From positions 39,990,001-40,054,000 of the forward strand of contig CM075979.1 of assembly GCA_038087875.1 (NCBI GenBank): a stretch of 64,000 nt of DNA. The letters run 5' to 3'. Of this stretch, positions 11,587-22,755 are shown in pieces. Each line of letters begins with the position of its first letter. Position 1 is the first letter of the stretch. The DNA is from Malacoraja senta (Eukaryota). The translations under genes and the position numbers were made by a program. Below the pieces are notes generated by a model. That model ran no database searches. It was given only the letters and a program-made list of their open reading frames with translations, and was not told where the DNA came from.

Positions 11587-12246
11587 ATAAGTTCCTAAGT
11601 GATAGGAACAGAATTAGCCCGTTCGACCCATCAAGTCTTCTCCGCCATTCAATCATGCATGATCTAATTCTCCCTCTCAACTCCATTCTCCTGCCTTCTC
11701 CCCATAACCCCTGACACCCATACTAATCAAGAATCTATCTATCGCTGCCTTAAAAATATCCAGTGACTTGGCCTCCACAGCCATCTGTGGCAATGAATTC
11801 CATAGATTCACCACCCTCTGACAAAATAAATTCCTCCTCATCCCCTTCCTAAAGGAATGTCCTTTTATTCTGAGTCTATGACGTCTGATCCTAGACTCTC
11901 CCACTAGTTGAAACATCCTCTCCACTCTATCCAAGCCTTTCACTATTCCGTATGTTTCAATGAAGTCCCCCCATCATCCTTCTAAACTCTGAAGAAGGGT
12001 CTCGACCCAAAACGTTGCGAATTCCTTCTCCCCATAGATGCTGCTTACCTGCTGAGTTTCTCCAGCATTTTGTGTCTTCCTTCTAAACTCTGGCGAGTAC
12101 AGGCCCAGTGCCATCAAACGTTCATCAAATGTTAACCCACTCATTCCTGGGATCATTCTTGGTAACCTCCTCTGGACCCTCTCCAGAGCCAGCACATCCT
12201 TCCTCAGATATGGTGCCCAAAATTGCTCACAATGCTCCAAATGCGG
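11587..12246 (-). mobile_element. CR1 LINE 3' fragment
   Basis: ORFs QFWAPYLRKDVLALERVQRR and QRVVNLWNSLP. Confidence 0.88.
11992..12077 (+). mobile_element. Short Penelope-derived insertion within a CR1
   Basis: 15-bp TSD tccttctaaactctg; starts at the CTGAAGA core. Confidence 0.8.
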
Positions 12247-13811
12247 TACATCCCTATTTCATCAACACCTTTATCCAGCAATGTTTTGTAGCTGTTTTAG
12301 TTTCATAAGATTAGCATTTGAAGTTTCCGTTTCAAAGTAAGGTTGGAAAGGAGGAACACCTGCACAAAAGTGCACCGGCTGGGGTTGGGTCATGTTTCAA
12401 AGGTGGGAGAAGTTAAAAAAAAATTACCTTCCAGAAGGTAGGTGAAAAACTCAAATAAATCTAAACAGATTCACAACTCCTGACATTCCAAGCCTTATCA
12501 AACTGAACAGCAGGCAGGTGGAAAGTATAAACATGGGGAGAAAGTAAATGTCTATACATTACATCTTTGGCCAGTTAGAGCGGGAGTGTCATAGAGTCAT
12601 ACAGACCAGAAACAAACCCCTCAGCCCACCATGTCCATGTGGTCCATCAAGTCTGCAGCTGCATCAATCTCATTTCTCACTACTTGGCCTCTGGATTTCC
12701 ACGCCATGGCAATTCAAACTCTTGTCTAAGCATTTCATGAATGTTATGAGTGTCTCTGCCTCCACCACCAACTCAGGCAGGGCGTTCCAGATTCCAATCA
12801 TCCTCTGGGTGAAAAATAAATTCCTCTTCAGACCTTATAACCTTTGCCCTAAACACACACGCTCTGGTTTTAGATACCTCTGCAAGGGGGTAAGTTTCCT
12901 GTCTACCTGAGTGTGCTCCTTATGAATTTGTACCTCTGCTCAGAGAATAACAATCCTGCCGATGCAGTTTCTAAAAAAACATACTCAAATATACATTTTA
13001 AATCCTGATGGTAAATTTCATTGCATATGAAGCTATTTTAATTGCTAATGTATTTAGCTTTTCAATGTTCTTTACACATCAGATCATAACCCTCCTCTTC
13101 ACCCATATCAATTTTCTACAACTACCAGAGAGCACCAGTGTTAGATTAATTCTTGATCTTGGAAATGGCTGGATACAAATATGTATAAAGGATGGAATTG
13201 TTCCGTTTGTTCAAATTTAACAGTCAATAGGAGGGAATCTCAATGCAAATTCAGTCGGTGATTTAGGAAATCCTTTTTATCCAGAGGTTGATCAAAACGA
13301 GTTATTTAATGTCGCAAAGACTAGTTGAGATAATTAGTACTGATGCCCAAAGGGAGAATTTTGATAAACAGATAGAAGAATACAGAACATAGAATATAGA
13401 ACGGAAGAGCACAGGCACAAGCCCTTCGACCCACAATATCCGTGCCGAATATAATGCCAAATTCAGCAAATCTCATCTGCCTGCGTATGATCCATATCCC
13501 TCCATTTCCAATATATCCACGTGCCTAACCAAAAGCCTCTTAAATCCCATTATCATATCTGTCTCACCACCACCCCTGGCAGCACATTCCAGCCACCCAC
13601 CACTCTGTCTAAAAAAAATTGCTCCTTAAAGCTTTGCCTTCTCGTCTTTAAAACTTCTAACCTGGGATATAGTAGTAAAAGGACATATTGCTGAGGCGAG
13701 ATGGGGAAAATTGGGAGAACATGTAACTGGAGCATAAAGATCAGCAAGAATCTAATGGGGTGGGTGACCTATTACTCTGTTGGAGCTACGAAATGACTAA
13801 GTAATACTTAC

Positions 13812-13990
13812 AACATTCCCCACGTGTGGAATTTCTCCAATCAATGCAGATACCGTGGCTCATGCATGTCTCTGCATAACTTTGCAAACTGGAGCACATG
13901 ATGGACGTACTTGGTGTCAGACACTCATCGTGAATGCATGCCTGGTAGTAGGAGTCTGGTGGAACCATGGCATGACATTTTGCAAACAGC
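13812..13990 (-). CDS. Mucin exon: C8-4 (LFAKCHAMVPPDSYYQAC...CIDWRNSTRGEC)
   Basis: tctag/gtaag, 179 bp. Confidence 0.93.
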
Positions 13991-14385
13991 CTAGAAATAA
14001 TAAATATCATTAAAGGAGGGGGGGACAAAGGACAATGGGGACCCGGTGTGGGGGAAGCGCTTTGTAACTTAGTCAGCACCGTAGGTGATTGCTATTTGTA
14101 TACATTGTGTATGCAAGCAAATAATCTCACTGTGCCTAGTCAATAAAGTATTCCTATTCCTAAAGTTTGATGACATTTTAATTAAATGCATATTCTTAAT
14201 AAGAAGACGGGCATAGGTAAAGAGCAGTTTCATCTACCTTGAAAGAAAACCCTGAGCAGATGTATTTTAGATTTTCATCTGTTTCCGGCATAAATTTGCT
14301 TTAACCTCCATTAAATAGATATACGGTATATCATATTTTATTATTTGCATATTTCTTCCAAGAAAATCCACTTCTTATTCAGTGC

Positions 14386-14704
14386 CAATGGGCTGAGGGA
14401 GAGCTGAGAAGGGGAGGAGACAGCAAGGGCTACCGGAAATTGGAGAAGTCAATGTTCAAGCCACTGGGGTGCAGACTGCCCAAGCGGAATATGAGGTGCT
14501 GCTCCTCCAAGCTCTCCCTCAGCCCTCTGGCTCCTCCTCTTCCTTTCTTCTTCCCCCCCTCCACCACCCTACATCAGTCTGAAGAACAGTTTCGGACCGA
14601 AACGTTGCCTATTTCCTTTGCTCCATAGATGCTGCCTCACCCACTGAGTTTCTCCAGCACTTTTGTCTACCTTCGATTTTCCAGCATCTGCAGTTCCTTC
14701 TTGA
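14386..14704 (+). mobile_element. Penelope-like insertion with inverted 5' segment
   Basis: Minus-strand LEEQHLIFRLGSLHPSGLNIDFSNFR* then plus-strand 3' end; 16-bp TSD acttcttattcagtgc. Confidence 0.85.
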
Positions 14705-14894
14705 ACTTCTTATTCAGTGCATTGAGTTCCGGCTTTGTGGATGATTCTATCTGGTTAGACGCACCCATATCCATTGAAAATCTGCCACTATTTGCTTTGG
14801 AATCATGTCCCATTACCTAATCAGAGAAAGCTGCTTGTTCTAATCTCTAATGTTTTAATCCTCTTGTAGCTAGATTAAATCATTTGATCACCCA

Positions 14895-16230
14895 TTCTAA
14901 TATCCCATTCACATTCAATTTCATTACATCCTTGCTTTTAAATTCTACTTCTCTTGAAATGAATTCTAACATTGCAATTGCATTCCGAACTACCAACTCA
15001 ACCTGCAAATTAACCTTTTTGAGAATCCTGCACCAGCACTCCCAAGTCACTTTAAACCTCCCATTTCTGAATCCTCTCCCATTTTGAAAATCAACACCTT
15101 TATTCCTTCTACCAAAGTGCATAACTGTACAGCTTGCTATGCTGTATTCCATTCGCCACTACTTTGCCCACTCTCCCAACCTGTCCAAGTCCTTCTGCAG
15201 ACTCCCTGCTTCCTCAACACTAACTTCCCCTCCACCTATCTTTGTATCATCTGCAAACTTGGCCATAAACCCATCAATTGCCTCATTCAGATCATTACCA
15301 ATAGCGTGAAATGTAGCAGACCCTATACCAACCCCTGTGGGACACCACTAGTCATGAGTAGCCAACCAGAAAAGCCCCCCTGCTCTTTGCCTTCTGTCTA
15401 ATGTCCACTATTGCCTCTTTAATTTAAAACAATTGCTATATTTTATTTTATTGACTATATTACATCTTTGCTCTCCCTGTTGCTTTTTTGGTGTTTGGTT
15501 TTTAATGGTTTCTATTGATTTTTAAAAGCTTCCCAATCCTCAAGATTCCCGCTAATCTTTACCATATTATATGCCTTCTCTTTTGCTTTTATGCTGCATT
15601 TGACTTCCTTTGTCAACCACTGTGTCCTCATTCACCTTCATCTTCCATATTTCTTCCAGAAACTCCTGTGATTGCTGCTCCACCATCATTCCTGCTAGGG
15701 TCCCCTTTCAGTCAACTTTAGCCAGCTCCTCCCTCATACCTCTGTTGCTACCTTTACTCAACTGTGTAGTACCGATAATACATGATTTTGGCTTCTTCCT
15801 CTCAAATTGCAGGTTGAATTCTATCGAATTATGATCACTGCCTGCTAGGGGTTCCTCACTTTAAGCTCCCGAATCAAATCTGGTTCATTACACACCAAAT
15901 CCAGAATTGCCTTTTCCCTTGTGTGCTCGACCACGAGCTGTTCTAAAAAATCTATCTTATAGGCATTCTAAAAATTCCTTCTCTTGAGATCTAGTACCAT
16001 CCTAATTTTCCCAGTCTACCTGCTTATTGAAATCTCCATGACCACTGAAACATTACCTTCCTTAGATGTCTTTTCTATCTCCTGATGTTATTTGTACTTT
16101 GCATCTGGCTGCCATTTGAAGGCTTCTATATACTGTAACTCCCAGTATATAACGGTCTTTTTACACTTGTTGTTTCTTAACTCTATCACAAGGAATCTAC
16201 GTCTTCTGATCCTATGTTGTTTCTTGTTCT
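14895..16230 (-). mobile_element. Degenerate CR1 LINE (endonuclease and RT pieces)
   Basis: CTVMHFGRRN; SGVPQG-encoding stretch at ~15335..15350. Confidence 0.75.
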
Positions 16231-16294
16231 AAACATCCACTGGTTTTAATAATTGGGAAACATCTTAAAATGAATGCCCAATAAAGTTTCTTAC

Positions 16295-16520
16295 TTGCTG
16301 GTAATGAGCCCACAGTGAGAGTTGGAGCGACAAGGTTGTTGAGTTGCTTGAGGAACATTTGTCACTTGAGGTCGTGGTGTAGTCAGCGATATGGATGGTC
16401 CATTACAGTTTGGTTTACCGGAATCTGGGACTTGCCAGTAATCAGCCATTTCAGAGCAAGAGGATGCGATCTTTCCGCTGGGTAGCATGCAGTCATCATG
16501 CTGAATATTATTACATGTTC
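16295..16520 (-). CDS. Mucin exon: VWD4 end (GTCNNIQHDDCMLPSG...HCGLITSK)
   Basis: cttag/gtaag, 226 bp. Confidence 0.92.
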
Positions 16521-16771
16521 CTAAGAAGACAGATCAGGGAATGTCATTTTATCAATATTACCGCATGTGTCCACTTCAACGCTCCTTTAGTCTCATTTAA
16601 TAGATACTGCTCTAGATGGAACCATTATTGCTGCCTGTGGAACAATTTGTTTACATTTTCTGAAATATAAATTCACAGAACTGTGGAATGGATTTTTTCT
16701 GTCAGAATTCAGGCAGGCATGAAAATGCCGACATATGCAAACAACTCGGGATGTGATCCCTGCAATCCTGC

Positions 16772-16881
16772 ATAACGCGCGCATGGTGCGTGGTGAGACG
16801 TGGCGGTCGCGCGCGGCGCCCCAGGATTTTGGGATTCTCAAAATCCTCGCGCGCAAATGACGCCCAAGTGGGACAGGCACT
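16772..16881. mobile_element. Truncated MITE of the same TIR family (right end only)
   Basis: CpG-rich patch ending aagtgggacaggcact|tta. Confidence 0.6.
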
Positions 16882-17182
16882 TTAAACTCAATGCCTTGAC
16901 CAATGAAGACAAGCATACCATGTGACTTCCTTACTCCTTTTTCTACTTCCGTTGCCTCTTAAAGGGAACTAAAGACTTGGACCCCAAGATCCCTCTGTAC
17001 ATCAATGCTATTAAGGGTCTTGCCATTAACTGTGTATTATTTAGGGCATAAATGGGAAGGAATTACTTTGCCCAAAAAATTTGAATCTTTCAAATTCTCT
17101 GCAGCTGAATTAATTCAAAATAGAGCTCTGTAAAATTGTGGATGTCAATGAATTGTGGATGTTAAGAATAGCAGGTAAACCA

Positions 17183-17417
17183 GTTAGAACGGAGATGAGA
17201 ACAGAGAGTTGTGAGTCTGTGGTATTCTCTGCCTCAGAGGGCGATGGAGGCTCAAGTGAGAGCTAGATAGGGCTCTTAAAGATAGCGGAGTCAGGGGATA
17301 TGGGGAGAAGGCAGGAACAGGGTACTGATTGTGGATGATCAGTCATGATCACATTGAATGGCGGTGCTGGCTCGAAGGGCCGAATGGCCTACTGCACCTA
17401 TCGTCTATTGTCTATTG
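17183..17417 (+). mobile_element. Young CR1 3' end with (CTATTGT)n tail; sister copies at 4321..4555, 25593..25835, 53217..53371
   Basis: Near-identical gatagcggagtcaggggatatggggagaaggcaggaac... block in several places. Confidence 0.82.
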
Positions 17418-17533
17418 AATTAGGCATAAACGTGTTATTGGGATAAATCTTCAACCTAAACTGTTTCTATTACTTACCTTCTTATACTAAACATTTTATT
17501 TAAAAAAATCTACAAAGCAATCTTCATCCTTAC

Positions 17534-17717
17534 CACACTGCCCTTGTGTCTTGTTTCCAAATATTTCACTCGGGAGTTTGATTGCAAAAGCAAAACCACT
17601 GAAAGTGACCTGGGCCTTTAATTGGGGAATGTCAACAATTATATTAATGCCCAAACTGATGATCTTCACTCCATGTTTTGAATATGGTAGAGAAACAGGA
17701 TTTCCATTGATTTTTAC
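17534..17717 (-). CDS. Mucin exon: VWD4 (VKINGNPVSLPY...FGNKTQGQC)
   Basis: tgcag/gtaag, 184 bp. Confidence 0.93.
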
Positions 17718-17768
17718 CTGCATAACAAGACAAAGCTTCAGTATTTAGCTCAGGAGCAAAATGATTAT

Positions 17769-18985
17769 TGTAGATGACATGTGCATGTACCTTTAACATA
17801 GTGACCTCACCACTACTAACCACTCCCCACATCACTAGTATAATTACAAACTTCCCACCCAGTGCTCTCTCTCTGGTTCCGGTGACAGACCACGAACAGC
17901 TAGGGCAGTAAAGTATGTGTATCATGAATAAACAGTAGTAAAGAAACAGTGTGTTATGACTCCTCTTTACATGGTGTCAGAAGTGGGATTCGAATCCACG
18001 CCTCCATAATGGACAGGCGGCCTGACCACCTAGTAGACTGTCCCATTCTGACTTTTACCTGGCCCTCCTCAACCTTCGAAACATTTGCCGCGACGCTGCC
18101 TTGGGCTCGCCAGCACTACGGCTGATGTCTCGCACTACGAGACCTCCGATCCCGGTGACCCAGCGGTCCCTCGTTCCCTCTGTTCTCCAGCCTGCTGCTG
18201 TCCAGGAGCGCATTGCCCTCAAACAAGAAATCCAAAAGCGCTCCCACGACAAGTCCTGCCGTCCCCTCCTGCCTCTGTTCCCTGGCCAAGTTGTCCGGAT
18301 GCAGTCCCCCTCCAGTCACCCCAGGCTTGCCATCGTCGTCGGTACTGTTGGTTCGCCGCGGTCCTATCTAGTCGACCATGACGGTACTTTTTGCCGCCGG
18401 TCCCGCCAACATCTGCGGCTTGTTAACGAGCCCCCACCGCCGCCTGCAGACCCCTTTTCCCTACCACTGTCTGCCACGTTGCCTGCCCCTCCAGCTAGTC
18501 CTCCCTCGCCTGCGCGTCTTCCCGCTACTGCTCCTGCTTCCCCTGCTCCGTCTCCGTTTTCTCTTTCTCCTCCCGATTCCCCGGTTCTCTTACCCGCGCC
18601 TGCTCCTACTCATGTTCCTCCTGCAGAGGGGGGAGATGGCGAGCTGCGTACCCGGTCCAGGCGGGTGGTCAGGCCGCCTGTCCGTTATGGTGATTTTGCT
18701 TAACTGTTTGCTCACCTGCTCGTAGCGTATGAGACGTGGTCGCCCTGTCACTACGGTATTGCTTTTTATTTCCAAGGGGAAGGATGTAGATGACATGTGC
18801 ATGTACCTTTAACATAGTGACCTCACCACTACTAACCACTCCCCACATCACTAGTATAATTACAACCTTCCCACCCAGTGCTCTCTCTCTGGTTCCGGTG
18901 ACAGACCACGAACAGCGAGGGCAGTAAAGTATGTGTATCATGAATAAACAGTAATAAAGAAAGTGTGTTATGACTCCTCTTTACA
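17769..18985 (+). mobile_element. Internally deleted 1.2-kb Gypsy-type LTR element (LTR-PBS-integrase C-terminus-PPT-LTR)
   Basis: LTRs 17769..17971 and 18785..18985 (TGTA...TACA; 3 substitutions + 2-bp indel); ATTAT TSD; PBS from 17972; PPT aaggggaagga 18774..18784. Confidence 0.95.
18035..18703 (+). pseudogene. Gypsy integrase C-terminal remnant (K02A2.6/Mag-like)
   Basis: YLALLNLRN...SPALRLMSR...PGQVVRMQ...PRSYLV...RRSRQHL...RTRSRRVVRPPVRYGD. Confidence 0.8.
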
Positions 18986-19243
18986 ATTATCACATGGAAT
19001 CATCAATGATAGCATTCATAAGAAACCCTCTAAAGCTTTGATTACATTTTACTGATTGTATACATCGTTGTCACCTTTCCCTCAGCTTAACAATGATCCA
19101 TTCTACATTTTCCTTGAACTCCGCCCCTGTTTTCACATTTTATCCCTCTCATCTCCGTGTCTCCCTCTCGCCTGACTCTCAGTTTGAAGAAAGGTCTCGA
19201 CCCGAAACATCACCCATTCCTTCTCTCCAGAGATGCTGAGTTA

Positions 19244-19572
19244 AGGGCCTGTCCCACTTTCCCGAGTTACTCACGAACTCTCCCGAGTTTTCCCCTTGAT
19301 TCGAACTCGGGGAATTTCGGGGAATGTCCGTAGCGAGTCCGTAGGAGGCCGTAGGAGTCCGTAGATATTTCGTAGCGGCTCATAATGCCAGCTGTAGGAA
19401 CTCGGGGCATCAGGTAAGCCGGGACGTTTTTTCAACATGTTGAAAAATGTCCACGAGTAAAATAAATAGCCCCGAGTACCTACGAATGGCTATTACCGTA
19501 ATTCTCCGAGTTCGAATCAAGGGGAAAACTCGGGAGAGTTCGTGAGTAGCTCGGGAAAGTGGGACAGGGCCT
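19244..19572. mobile_element. PIF/Harbinger-like MITE
   Basis: Long TIRs starting agggcctgtcccact; TTA TSD; interrupts a Penelope-derived repeat. Confidence 0.88.
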
Positions 19573-19693
19573 TTACCCAGGCATTTTGTGTCTATCCTCT
19601 AAACTCTGCCTGCTCATCAACATCGATACATTATTTCAGCCACGCTGGTTCAACACATGCAGAAGGAAGAAAACTCAAAACAATGATGGTTAC

Positions 19694-19941
19694 CAGATTT
19701 TGAATTCCATCTGCAGCAATATTCCTGATTTGTATGTCAAGTTTTTCAAATTTGACGATGATACCGCGCTGGCAGGAGAGACTGTCTTGTGTGTCGCAGT
19801 AGTAATTGTCAATGTAAACACCAAAATTTTGACCTGATGACTTTGTATTTTCCACAAGCACGTAGGTGCAGCTTCCATCATAGTTATAATACTGTCCGTC
19901 GAAGGTAACAACATGTGAGCCTCCCCATCCATTGCAATGGC
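19694..19941 (-). CDS. Mucin exon: start of VWD4 (CNGWGGSHVVTFDG...NFGVYIDNYYC)
   Basis: cacag/gtaac, 248 bp. Confidence 0.93.
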
Positions 19942-20069
19942 CTGTGTGGGCAATAGATTCACCTGAATTTAATCTCAACAATAATATATCGCTAACTTTG
20001 TCAAAGAAAGGAAATGTTCATTTTTTTTACATATTACATATATTAAGTATTAAACATCCTCTATTCTTA

Positions 20070-20384
20070 TGGGGCTGTCCCACTGTACGAGCTAATTCAA
20101 GAGTTCTCTTGAGTTTGCCCTGATTCGAACTCGGAGAATTACGGTAATGGCCGCTCGTAGGCACTCGGGGCTCTCGTGGACATTTTTCAACATGTTGAAA
20201 AATCTTCACGAGTCTTCACGAGCTTACCGCGTTTCCCGAGTACCTGCCGTTAGCGTTATGAGCTAAGAGACGTCCCGAGCTCCGACGTACCCGCTACGTA
20301 CATTCTACATGCTTACCACGAGTTTGATTTTTTTTTTTAAACTCGGAAGAGCTCTTGAATTAGCTCGTACAGTGGGACAGCCCA
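20070..20384. mobile_element. PIF/Harbinger-like MITE
   Basis: TIR tggg(g)ctgtcccactgtacgagctaattcaagag; TTA TSD. Confidence 0.88.
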
Positions 20385-21097
20385 TTAAGTGATGAAAAAC
20401 AGTTACAATTGACAACTTAGTTTTTTCACAATAAAATCAGATACAGCAAGTGGATAGATGTAACAACTGCCAAAGGTATCATATTAATGATTAAACTTAA
20501 ACCATAGCCATCAAGTGAGCATACTTTGTTCATTGAGCGCCATACAACTTTCCAATGGAATGAAGATTTGAAAACAATTCACGTACTCTTCAATTCTGCT
20601 CAGTATTGAACTGAGGTTGATTGAAATTGGAATTCTGACCAAGATACTGATTCCACCTGTGCCTATTGCTTGTCGGAAGTCACTGGGTAATATATGAAAA
20701 TGCCCACAAAGTGAGCAAACTCAAAATGGAAAGATTTATTGGCCTGTTCTATGTTCTACGTGAGCAAGTATCCACCACAATTGATTCAATGCTTCTGTAT
20801 TCTTCCTTGTATTCCTATCCAGAGAGGATAAGTGGAATTGTCCAATGTGACATGCAATGCCAGACAACAGTGGGATATCAGATTTCAAGAATACTGAACT
20901 CTGGTCAAACTAGAGTAGCCTGAACCATGAGCAAACACAATGAGAGGGGACAGTGAATCAGAGGGAGATTCAATGCTGAACAATTCAAAACAACTAACTC
21001 CAGAACAACATTTGTTGAAGCCAACAAACTGCGCATCCCCCCTCTATAGAACCGTCAATGTGAGAACTGAAGAGAAAATCTTTCAGTTGAGTATAGA

Positions 21098-21680
21098 TGT
21101 TAGGAGGTCATGTTGCCGTTGTATAAGACGACATTTAGAGCATTGTATTCAGTTCTGGGCACCATGTTATAGGAAAGATGTTGTCAAGCTGGAAAGGGTA
21201 CAGAGAAGATTTACGAGGATTTGCCAGAACTCAAGGGGCTGAGCTACAGGGAGAGGTTGAGCAGGCTAGGACTCTATTCCTTGGACTGTAGGAGGATGAG
21301 GAATGATCTTATAGAGGTGTGCAAAATCATGAGAGGAATAGATGGGCTAGACACGCAAAGTCTCTTGCCCAGAGTTCGAGAGTTGAGAACTAGAGGGCAT
21401 AGGTTTAAGATAAGGGAGGTAGGATTTAATAGGAACCCGAGGGGTAACATTTTCACGCAGAGGGTGGTGGGTGCATGGAACAAGCTGCTGGAGGAGGTAG
21501 TTGAGGCAGGTACTATCACAACTTTTATGAAACATTTAGACATATACATGGATAGGACAGGTTTAGAGAGATATGGGCCAACACAGGCAGGTGGGACTGG
21601 TGTTGATGGGACATTTTCGTAGGTATGGGTGAGTTGGGCCGAAGGGCCTGTTTCCACGCTGTTAAACTCTATGACTCTAT
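21098..21680 (+). mobile_element. CR1 LINE 3' fragment
   Basis: ORFs 20940..21242 and 21221..21622 carry CR1 ORF2 C-terminal motifs. Confidence 0.9.
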
Positions 21681-22187
21681 TTGATAAAGCAGATGTGGGA
21701 AAATGTTTCTCCTGGGTCTGAGATCTAGAAGTTGGGATCAAAGGTTCAAAATAAGGGGAAGAGGTTTGGAGTTTCAATAAGGTATTATATCTCCACTCAA
21801 AGGTTGGTGATTTGAGGATGGAGAACTCTTTACTTCTGAGTAGTGTGGAGTCTCAGTCACAGATGGCATTTAAAACTGTGATTGATTTTTGGATATTGCA
21901 AGGATGAAGGGATAGGGCAACAATGCAGGAAAATGGAGCTGAGGTGGAAGATCACACATCAATGTCAAGAGTGACCTTCAGGGATCAAAATGGCCGCCTC
22001 CTTTTTCTTATGTTCTAATTATGAACTTCAACAGGCAAAACATACTTGTGTTATTGCAACAAATCTCTGACCGACACTGACAGAATAAAAGCCAAGATTT
22101 ACAATTTAGAATGACAGTAACTATATTGGTAAAAGCAATCAGTAAAAACGATGTAAAAGCAATCTTTTATGAAATGGAGGTACTTAC

Positions 22188-22362
22188 AGTCACACTCGTA
22201 ATGGTAGCAACACTTATTTTTATCATAAACCTTGACTGGAATATGGCCATTGGCACATTGAATAGGTTCGATGGTGGGACACACCATGGGCGATAAAGCA
22301 ACAATGTTTTTTTCTATACATTTTGCCATCATACAATCACACAGCAGCCAGCTCTCATTATA
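22188..22362 (-). CDS. Mucin exon (YNESWLLCDCMMAKC...CCYHYECD)
   Basis: ttcag/gtaag, 175 bp. Confidence 0.92.
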
Positions 22363-22727
22363 CTGAAAAGAGGAGAAAGCATTTTAGAGATTTCTGGAAT
22401 TACATTAGCACCGATTACTGGTTAATATCTCATTATTATTGATTCTCCCTGTTTCAGCAACCCTGACTCCATAATATGCTTTCTTTATTAGATAGTTGCT
22501 ACAGCTTTTAATCCTATCCTTATACTCTGGACTCCGGAGATTGACAGACAACCTGAGAGAAATATATAAAATTATGAGGTGAAGATAGGATAGACAGGAA
22601 GAACCTTTTTCCTTGGATGGAAATGTAGAAAACAAGAAGGAATAGCTTTAAGGTCAGAGAGGGAAAGACAGTCTTACTGTCTCTGACTACATTTAATCTC
22701 TGTACTTCCCACTCCACTGATATCAGT

Positions 22728-22755
22728 CTGAAGAAGGGTCTCGACCCGAAACATC
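22728..22755 (+). ncRNA. Minimal hammerhead-ribozyme-like core in Penelope 3' repeat
   Basis: CTGAAGA-A-GGGT-CTCG-ACCC-GAAAC-ATC (cleavage triplet G>A). Confidence 0.55.

Noticed and set aside
17972-18008. tRNA-Leu gene
   Set aside because: Only the 3' portion, includes CCA and abuts an LTR: a primer-binding site.
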